This document shows, piece by piece, positions 10,476 through 16,949 of a stretch of DNA of 64,000 bases. The notes under the pieces are model-generated. The model searched no databases and had not been told where the DNA came from. It saw only the letters and a list, made by a program, of their open reading frames with translations. The stretch comes from Kiritimatiellia bacterium (GTDB lineage Bacteria > Verrucomicrobiota > Kiritimatiellia > RFP12 > UBA1067). Both the position numbers and the translations under genes were made by a program. Location of the stretch: assembly GCA_051884875.1 (NCBI GenBank), contig JBJEWD010000056.1:23223-87222 (forward strand), given 5' to 3'. Position 1 is the stretch's first letter. Every line of letters starts with the position of its first letter.

Positions 10476-10640
10476 GGGACCACCCGTTCGGGTGGCGGTT
10501 TGTAGTTTACTCGCCGCCGGTGAATCTAACTGGTTGGGGGCTTCCGCTACCGCACCAGTTACTTCCGAATGCCGCAGTTATCTTTTCTGGTGTAGAGGCG
10601 CTGACCCCTAAATTTCCGTCCGTTATGGGGCGTGGAAATG

Positions 10641-10649
10641 TGGTATAAT
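10641..10649 (+). promoter_or_regulatory. Extended -10 promoter (TGGTATAAT) upstream of the structured RNA
   Basis: Same TGnTATAAT motif as upstream of many genes in this window. Confidence 0.6.
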
Positions 10650-10654
10650 AAGCG

Positions 10655-10925
10655 GCGGAAGCGTTGAAATGCGCCCGGATGGCGGCAAGGCCGCTGGGAA
10701 CGGCGCAGGATAACGCATCAATATACCGGTCGTGCGGCAACGGCGGCCAGCTTCTCCACGGGGCGACTCGGAGCGAGAGGTGCGCGGGGTGGGCAACCTA
10801 ACCCGTGCAGCGTACGCAATCTTGCGTATTTGGCTTTGACAGAAAACGACCAAATTTCCAAACCGAAGCTGGATATGTGGGATGCGTCACGTGGTCATCA
10901 CGTGGCGTGTCTTCTATTTCTTTTG
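10655..10925 (+). ncRNA. Unassigned structured RNA / cis-regulatory leader
   Basis: Multiple stems whose non-Watson-Crick pairs are G-U on the + strand, three GNRA tetraloops (GCAA, GCGA, GCAA), a long-range AGCTTC/GAAGCT closure and a terminal terminator hairpin. Confidence 0.6.
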
Positions 10926-10928
10926 TTT
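10881..10928 (+). terminator. Intrinsic terminator-like hairpin
   Basis: 14-bp stem GATGCGTCACGTGG / TCACGTGGCGTGTC followed by T-rich TTCTATTTCTTTTGTTT. Confidence 0.6.
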
Positions 10929-11058
10929 CGGTTAAGGCGCTTGGTCGTGCCTCTGTCAGAACATTGATGTAGGAGCACGCCACTTCCTTTTTCGCGCCGG
11001 GTGGTCGGGCCATTGTCAGGGGGCGCGGAATGCAGAGGGTAGAAAAGGAGAGTGTGGC

Positions 11059-12588
11059 ATGAGACTGTTTAAGCAGTGTATTGTCTGTGACCGAAAGTTT
11101 ATCGGGATGATCAATAAAAATCATTACGATTTATATCATGATGCTCTGCTTGCATTGAAAAAAGGTACTCCGTTTGCTCGCGGTTTTGTATGCGAGGACT
11201 GTGCTCATGCTGCAGCGACTGTTAAATGTTCGGTCTGTGGAAAAAACAAAGATGATATTTTCTATCATGTATCAAGAGGTGATGTATCAGGAGGGCTTTC
11301 GCAATACCTGCGTGAATATCATTTGCGTGCCCAAAAACTGCTTAATGATATAGGATCTTCTTTCAGGATAAGCGCCAAGTCGGTCTTTGTCTGTGATGAT
11401 TGTTTAATCCAGGCGTTTAATCAGGCTAGAAGCACCGCCATCGAAAAAGTTGGACAACCTGATGATACAAAGCAGACATTGTGGCTCAATTATGGTTTGG
11501 TGACGGATTCTAAATGCTGTTGTAGATGTGGAAATGAAATTCGTGAGAATTACGCAAAATTGTTTCATGCGTTCGTTGATTTTTTCTTTGTACCGATTCA
11601 CGAAAATGACAGGTCTGGATATTCCGTATGGGAAGGTGCCCATGGATACCTATGCGATCCGAACGGCGAGGGGAGGAAAGAGTTTTTTCGCAAACAGCTC
11701 GAGGAATGTTATTTCTATGATAATTGTTCATCTCTTGGCGTTCGCAGAGAACATGAACACTGGTACACACAGTTTCGGAAGGTTGTGCAGCCTTTTCTCA
11801 AAGAGAAGGTGTTATGCAGAAATTGTTGTGCATATTTGATGTCTGACAAGTTCCGTCAGGATTATTTTCGTCGGTCAGAGCGAAAGTGGCTTGGATTTGG
11901 ATGCCAAAAAGACGATTCAATGCTTGGCTTCTCCAAACAAATAATTTTTGATAAAGTGGCGCTCGAACAGATGTCCGGGGCGGATGCTCTTCGCATCCTT
12001 AAGTCCGAGGCATGGGAGATGGGAGCCAATGGCATTGTCAATCTGACGCGAACGAATAATGGTTATGAAGTGCGTCTGGAACCTGACTGGTATTTGACGA
12101 GCAAACTATACGACTGGTCAGGCGTCCCTGTTTTTTGGAGGAAGGAGGGGTCTATCGGTAAGATTTATGGTAAGGTTATCGTAGATGGATCAAACATCGT
12201 TTTCGCCGATAAGAGTAAGCTGACCACTGGTCTATCAACATGTTTGAAAGGGCTTAAGTTACGTAAGTTAAAGAGTTTCGTTTTTCTTGACGCCAATATT
12301 TATCACAAGTTAGAGGAGTTGGAGAATGGGTCAAAGTATGTGAAGGAACTGAAGGGCCTAATTGAGAACGCCAAGGGGTCGATTGCCATTGTCCCTGCTG
12401 GAACTAGAGCAGATGATTTTATATTGAAGAAGGCAGACACTGATGGATGTCATGTTTTGTCAAACGACCGATATAAGCCGTATACTGAGCGATATCCTTG
12501 GATCAAACAAGATCGAGTACATAGATTTTCCTTTGTTGATGGTCGCCTGATGATTCCGGATTTCGATATTGACATAGAAAACAAGTGA
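11059..12588 (+). CDS. Multi-Zn-ribbon, YbjQ-like, Zc3h12a/NYN-type PIN ribonuclease
   Basis: Six CxxC pairs (CIVC, CEDC, CSVC, CDDC, CCRC, CRNC), an AWEMGANGIVNL YbjQ-like motif, and PIN motifs VIVDGSN, FLDAN, ADDFIL, LSNDRY. RBS AAGGAG; AT-richer than the flanks. Confidence 0.75.
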   Translation: MRLFKQCIVCDRKFIGMINKNHYDLYHDALLALKKGTPFARGFVCEDCAHAAATVKCSVCGKNKDDIFYHVSRGDVSGGLSQYLREYHLRAQKLLNDIGSSFRISAKSVFVCDDCLIQAFNQARSTAIEKVGQPDDTKQTLWLNYGLVTDSKCCCRCGNEIRENYAKLFHAFVDFFFVPIHENDRSGYSVWEGAHGYLCDPNGEGRKEFFRKQLEECYFYDNCSSLGVRREHEHWYTQFRKVVQPFLKEKVLCRNCCAYLMSDKFRQDYFRRSERKWLGFGCQKDDSMLGFSKQIIFDKVALEQMSGADALRILKSEAWEMGANGIVNLTRTNNGYEVRLEPDWYLTSKLYDWSGVPVFWRKEGSIGKIYGKVIVDGSNIVFADKSKLTTGLSTCLKGLKLRKLKSFVFLDANIYHKLEELENGSKYVKELKGLIENAKGSIAIVPAGTRADDFILKKADTDGCHVLSNDRYKPYTERYPWIKQDRVHRFSFVDGRLMIPDFDIDIENK

Positions 12589-12597
12589 GGTTCTATT

Positions 12598-12882
12598 ATG
12601 CATGGAACACAGACTACAAGAAGAAATCGAAAGTGGTATAAGCTAACAGATGAGTTGATTAAAAGGAGGATGAACGCTACAATGCATCCTCTTCAGATTG
12701 AATTGTCTGATCAGGAAATTAGGGAAATAGTGGGCAGCGTCGACAAAAGCGATCCGCTGCCACTCGATAATGAGTATGACCCGCTGAACAGTATCAGGAT
12801 CCGTGCTGAGTACGCTTCATTTTCTGTCCGTTATAAAAGTGATGCCGAACGAAACATAAAGGTCTTTACTGAAAAAATGTGA
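12598..12882 (+). CDS. Hypothetical protein (94 aa)
   Basis: ORF 9 nt after the PIN gene with GAGG upstream; no family recognised. Confidence 0.5.
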   Translation: MHGTQTTRRNRKWYKLTDELIKRRMNATMHPLQIELSDQEIREIVGSVDKSDPLPLDNEYDPLNSIRIRAEYASFSVRYKSDAERNIKVFTEKM

Positions 12883-12894
12883 TAGGGTCTATTT

Positions 12895-13059
12895 ATGCGG
12901 CTGAATATAAAATTACCCCCGTATATAGGAAAGCTGCAGAGGAGAGCGCCTGTCTTAGACGAAGATGTTGACGCGCTGCTCGTTCGAGGTGTTGATTATG
13001 TCTGGTATTGTCACAGGAAAGATATTTCAGTTAAAAAGCGTTGCAGGAGGCGGCAATGA
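12895..13059 (+). CDS. 54-aa RHH-like protein, absent from the ORF track, paralog of the downstream small protein
   Basis: Hand translation: MRLNIKLPPYIGKLQRRAPVLDEDVDALLVRGVDYVWYCHRKDISVKKRCRRRQ. Its TGA overlaps the next ATG (ATGA), and it aligns by eye with the 70-aa protein. Confidence 0.55.
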   Translation: MRLNIKLPPYIGKLQRRAPVLDEDVDALLVRGVDYVWYCHRKDISVKKRCRRRQ

Positions 13060-13255
13060 AACTGGAGCTCGAACTGTCCAAGACGGACGAACGGCGCTGG
13101 TGTCGTTTGGCGAGATACTGGGGCGACGATATTGATTTGCTGTTCGCCGCCGTGCTCGACGAGATGTGGCAGAAGTGCGGCAAGGATGTTGCCGCGCAGG
13201 AGCGGTTGCAGAAGCGCTTGAATGGCCGGGTGAAACAGGTCCGGACGGACTTGGG
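13032..13255 (+). repeat. 224-bp direct repeat, copy 1
   Basis: Matches 15272-15495 with 8 substitutions counted by hand. Confidence 0.95.
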
Positions 13256-13268
13256 GCGAAGCGATTGA
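13056..13268 (+). CDS. Small ribbon-helix-helix-like protein (70 aa), copy 1
   Basis: RBS AGGAGG; MKLELEL alternating strand, helix, G turn, helix DIDLLFAAVLDEMW. Confidence 0.6.
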   Translation: MKLELELSKTDERRWCRLARYWGDDIDLLFAAVLDEMWQKCGKDVAAQERLQKRLNGRVKQVRTDLGRSD

Positions 13269-13298
13269 ATCAGCCATGCGCAACGGGAATATCACCGA

Positions 13299-13336
13299 GC
13301 TTTATTATGCGGATTAGTGCTTTATTATGCGGATTA
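13299..13336. repeat. Tandem 18-bp direct repeat GCTTTATTATGCGGATTA x2 (period 20)
   Basis: Exact copies at 13299-13316 and 13319-13336. Confidence 0.9.
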
Positions 13337-13639
13337 TTCCGTCTGTCAGGTCTTGGCCCTCGGATGGTATACCGTCACGGTGTGCGGGAAATAGGCCGTC
13401 TGCACCCTGTACGCATACTCCCGAGCGCAAGGCAAATGTACGTTGATCGGACGCAAGCTCTCGCGCCGACCCTCGGCAAAGCACCTGCGGCGCCCTCGCT
13501 GCGTGGCGTGGTAACCGCCACCGAAGAACCGTGGGGACAATCCCAAATTTCTCGGTGCGCACTTTCCCGGTACACCCGTGTAGTGTGTATTTGGTATAAG
13601 TACAGTATGTGAAAATGAGGAAGAAAGGAGGTGATAACA

Positions 13640-13750
13640 ATGATTGAACTGGAATGGACGGAAAACGTCCCCATGCAAGCAGGATACAGCTACATTGGGG
13701 CGGCGATGCGCGATTGCTCGTGCGGTAACGGTGATATTTATTGGGATTAA
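13640..13750 (+). CDS. Putative RiPP precursor peptide (36 aa), absent from the ORF track
   Basis: Strong SD AAAGGAGGTGA upstream; MIELEWTENVPMQAGYSYIGAAMRDCSCGNGDIYWD*; directly upstream of the rSAM/SPASM gene; TGGTATAAG -10-like element near 13592. Confidence 0.8.
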   Translation: MIELEWTENVPMQAGYSYIGAAMRDCSCGNGDIYWD

Positions 13751-13813
13751 ATGATGCTAAGGGCCTGGCATGTTCGGGCTTGCTCATTCGTGCCAGGTCC
13801 TTGTGGAATCCTT

Positions 13814-15124
13814 ATGATGAATAGAAGATTCGCAGTTTCGCCCGATACGATTCTAAAGTTTCCGACTGAAATCGCGACATATCATTCTGGCGATGACGTA
13901 GTTGTTGTTTCGCCCAAGGATGGAAATTGGCTCGTAATCACTGATCAGCAGGTCAAGCTCATTGAACAACTGATGCAGGGAAGATCGGTGGGGGTCGTTT
14001 TATCTGATAGTGACGACAAGAATGCCTGCTTGGCTTTACTAAAGCAAATCGTAGCGCGCAATTTCACAGACAGGGCATTGGTGGTTTCCGATCGAACGTC
14101 AACGGCCATGTTTTATCTTACATACGATTGCAACCTGCAATGTGAACATTGTTATATGTACGCGCAAAAGAGGCGTGGCGCGCCATTAACCGTTGCTGAA
14201 TATAGCGATATCTTTGCCTCTTTGCGAGGTGGTGGCGTCGATGAGGCGACATTCTCTGGTGGTGAGCCGTTGATGCGAAAAGATTTTTGGGAGATCATTA
14301 GCGCGTCTCATGAGAATGGATTGACTTCAAAAGTGTTTTCAAATGGTACCCTGTGGACTGATGCGGACATTGAGAATGCAAGGTCTCGCGAGATCAAGGT
14401 GCAGATTTCGATCGATGGGGTTGATGAGAGGTCGTCCTCAGCGGTCAGGGGTGTACATGCCTTTAAAAAGGCGAGATCGACTGCCGTGAAGCTGGCTAAG
14501 GCGGGTATAGAAGTCGAAGTAGCCACCACGCCTCTTATGACAAATATCGAGTTGATTGAGGCTGGTTATCGCGATTTTGTCAGAGAACTTCAGGATGAGA
14601 CGGAGGGGGCGATCAAGTTTAAGGTTTCGCTCAATTTGTTACCAGGCCGGAATGTTGGAAGGCTTTCATTGGACGAGAAGCGAGAATATGAACAGCGGGG
14701 AATTCGTCTGTACGCAATATCGAATCCAGGTGGAACGCAAATACCTTTTTTCGAAGAGTATAGAAATGGTCGAGGGCGCATTGCATGCGGACTAGGTAGA
14801 TTAGTGTTTTCTCCCGATGGATTTGCATATGTGTGTAGCCGAATCGATTCTTTCCCGCCGCTTGGGAATGTTAGGGATGTTGGCGTACCATTCTTGCTTG
14901 AAGTGGCGAGGAAACGTTTGGTCGCTGCGTCCGTAGACAATTCGATTCCATGTCGCGAATGCCCGCTGCGCCATATTTGCGGCGGAGGCTGTCGGGTCGA
15001 TCGGTTTGAGAAGGTGTCAAGTTCAGAACAATTCTTATCTGTGCACAAGCCATGCTCCGAGGGATATAAGGCCGCCTTGCTCAAAATGATGGTGCAAGCA
15101 ACGAAAGAATGTTATACGTGGTAG
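13814..15124 (+). CDS. Radical SAM/SPASM peptide maturase with N-terminal RRE-like domain
   Basis: CNLQCEHC, FSGGEPL, QISIDG and a 7-Cys SPASM domain (ACGLG..DG..YVC..CRECPLRHICGGGC..PC). An N-terminal extension of about 90 aa resembles a PqqD/RRE fold. Confidence 0.88.
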   Translation: MMNRRFAVSPDTILKFPTEIATYHSGDDVVVVSPKDGNWLVITDQQVKLIEQLMQGRSVGVVLSDSDDKNACLALLKQIVARNFTDRALVVSDRTSTAMFYLTYDCNLQCEHCYMYAQKRRGAPLTVAEYSDIFASLRGGGVDEATFSGGEPLMRKDFWEIISASHENGLTSKVFSNGTLWTDADIENARSREIKVQISIDGVDERSSSAVRGVHAFKKARSTAVKLAKAGIEVEVATTPLMTNIELIEAGYRDFVRELQDETEGAIKFKVSLNLLPGRNVGRLSLDEKREYEQRGIRLYAISNPGGTQIPFFEEYRNGRGRIACGLGRLVFSPDGFAYVCSRIDSFPPLGNVRDVGVPFLLEVARKRLVAASVDNSIPCRECPLRHICGGGCRVDRFEKVSSSEQFLSVHKPCSEGYKAALLKMMVQATKECYTW

Positions 15125-15271
15125 AGCGTTGGTCTGATTCATAAAAGGCTGACAGGTTCGATCGCGTAGATAAGCCTGCTGAAGTGTACCTTCGCCGCGC
15201 TTCAACTATGCGTTGAGCGACGACAAGGCTGAACGGTTGCGCCTGGAGGGGCGACGGTTGGACGCGACGGA

Positions 15272-15495
15272 TAAAAAGCGTTGCAGGAGGCGGCAATGAA
15301 ACTGGAGCTCGAACTGTCCAAGACGGACGAACGGCGCTGGCGGCGTTTGGCGAGATACTGGGGCGACGACATTGATTTGCTGTTCGCCGCCGTGCTCGAC
15401 GAGATGTGGCAAAAGTGCGGCAAGGATGTTGCCGCGCAGGAGCGGTTGCAGCAGCGCTTGAATGGCCGGGTGAAACAGGCCCGGGCGGCCTTGGG
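15272..15495 (+). repeat. 224-bp direct repeat, copy 2
   Basis: Matches 13032-13255 at an offset of 2240 bp. Confidence 0.95.
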
Positions 15496-15517
15496 CGGAG
15501 TCGGGCGGCCTGGTTGA
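15296..15517 (+). CDS. Small ribbon-helix-helix-like protein (73 aa), copy 2
   Basis: Near-identical to 13056-13268 with the same RBS and a divergent C-terminal tail. Confidence 0.6.
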   Translation: MKLELELSKTDERRWRRLARYWGDDIDLLFAAVLDEMWQKCGKDVAAQERLQQRLNGRVKQARAALGGVGRPG

Positions 15518-15708
15518 TTTTTTTTCTTTCAGGAGGGCCGCGCTCAAATAAAATTTCTTCTTTTCTGGTGTAGGGCGACAATCTAGATTCTTGCGCGTTG
15601 CGGTAATGCGATGAAAAGAGTATAATACCGCCCCATCCGCTCACTTGATAATCTCTCGGGCGGACAAACGGAACAAAACAGATAAACTCTAATGAAAGGC
15701 TCTGAATA

Positions 15709-16800
15709 ATGGCGCGTGCATTCAACTTCTCGGCGGGTCCCGCTACACTACCCCTCGAGGTCCTTCAGCAAATCCAGAACGATCTCGTCGACTACAAGGG
15801 GACGGGTATGTCGGTGATGGAGATGTCACATCGTGGAAAGGACTATCCGACCATCCATGCCGAGGCAAAGGCGAATTTCAAGGAGCTTTGCGGCATTGGC
15901 GACGATTATGAAGTCGTCTTCATCCAGGGCGGCGGCAGCCAGCAGTTTGCGATGATCCCGATGAATTTCCTCCCTGCCGGCGCATCGGCCGATTACGCCA
16001 ATCAGGGCACCTGGTCGGGCAAGGCGCTCAAGGAGGCGAAGGTTATCGCCGCGTGCCGTGGCGCCAACGTCAACGTGGTCGCCAACTGCGCAAAGGACAT
16101 CCCCACGCGTATGCCGACCGAGGCCGAATGGCAGTTCTCCGACAACGCCGCCTACACCCATATCTGCACGAATGAAACGATTTCGGGCGCGCAGCTCAAG
16201 AAGATTCCGCAGGTGAAGGGGCCGCTTATCGCCGATATGTCGTCCGACATCCTCGGCATCGACCGTGATTTCACAAAGTTCGATATGTTCTACGCCGGTG
16301 CGCAGAAGAACCTCGGTCCTGCGGGCATGGCGGTCGTTGCGATCAAGAAGGAACTGGCCGCGAAGGGTCTCGACACGATCCCGACGCTGTTCCAGTACCG
16401 TACGCACGTCGACAACGACTCGCTCTACAATACGCCGCCGACCTTCACGATTTACGTGTTCGGCGAGGTGATGAAGTGGGTCAAGAAGGTCGGCAAGCAG
16501 AACCTCTTCGCGCGCAATGACGCCAAGGCCCGGAAGATCTACGACGTCATCGATTCGACCGGATTCTACAAGGGCACGGCGTTGCCCGAGTACCGCTCGA
16601 ACATGAACGTCACCTTCCGTCTCGCCACCGAGGAGCTGGAGAAGAAGTTCGTCGAAGAGGCGAAGAAGCTGGGCATGAGTTCGCTCAAGGGGCACCGTTC
16701 GGTCGGCGGCATCCGCGCGACGATCTACAATGCGTTTCCGATGGAAGGCGTCGATGCTCTCGTTCAGTTCATGAAGGATTTCGAAAAGGCCAACGGCTGA
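15709..16800 (+). CDS. serC: Phosphoserine aminotransferase
   Basis: FNFSAGPA, EMSHR, ADMSSDIL, YAGAQKNLGPAG, NTPP, KGHRSVGGIRA. Confidence 0.97.
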   Translation: MARAFNFSAGPATLPLEVLQQIQNDLVDYKGTGMSVMEMSHRGKDYPTIHAEAKANFKELCGIGDDYEVVFIQGGGSQQFAMIPMNFLPAGASADYANQGTWSGKALKEAKVIAACRGANVNVVANCAKDIPTRMPTEAEWQFSDNAAYTHICTNETISGAQLKKIPQVKGPLIADMSSDILGIDRDFTKFDMFYAGAQKNLGPAGMAVVAIKKELAAKGLDTIPTLFQYRTHVDNDSLYNTPPTFTIYVFGEVMKWVKKVGKQNLFARNDAKARKIYDVIDSTGFYKGTALPEYRSNMNVTFRLATEELEKKFVEEAKKLGMSSLKGHRSVGGIRATIYNAFPMEGVDALVQFMKDFEKANG

Positions 16801-16827
16801 TTGCGCCGTGCACCGATGCAACTAACG

Positions 16828-16862
16828 ACGGTCGACTGTTCCGCAGCCGACCGTTCTGTTTT
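16828..16862 (+). terminator. Possible serC terminator
   Basis: ACGGTCG.CTG / CAG.CGACCGT stem followed by TCTGTTTT. Confidence 0.4.
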
Positions 16863-16949
16863 CCGGGACGGTTCCCGCCGGTTCGCACCGGTCTCGTGAA
16901 TGTGGCGCGGGCGCGACAAATCCAGAGCGCGTTTGGTATAATAAGCTGG

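Noticed and set aside
10655-10925. tmRNA, RNase P, SRP, lysine, cobalamin or c-di-AMP riboswitch identity for the structured RNA
   Set aside because: It lacks a tRNA-like end or tag, GAGGAAAGTCC and the SRP loop. Only short partial look-alikes are present (AGAGGTGCG, AACCCGTGCAGC).
13299-13336. CRISPR array
   Set aside because: Only two 18-bp units with a 2-bp gap, no spacers and no cas genes.
13751-13813. ORF-track N-terminal extension of the rSAM gene (MMLRAWHV...)
   Set aside because: It spans the intergenic hairpin right after the precursor stop; ATG 13814/13817 is more plausible.
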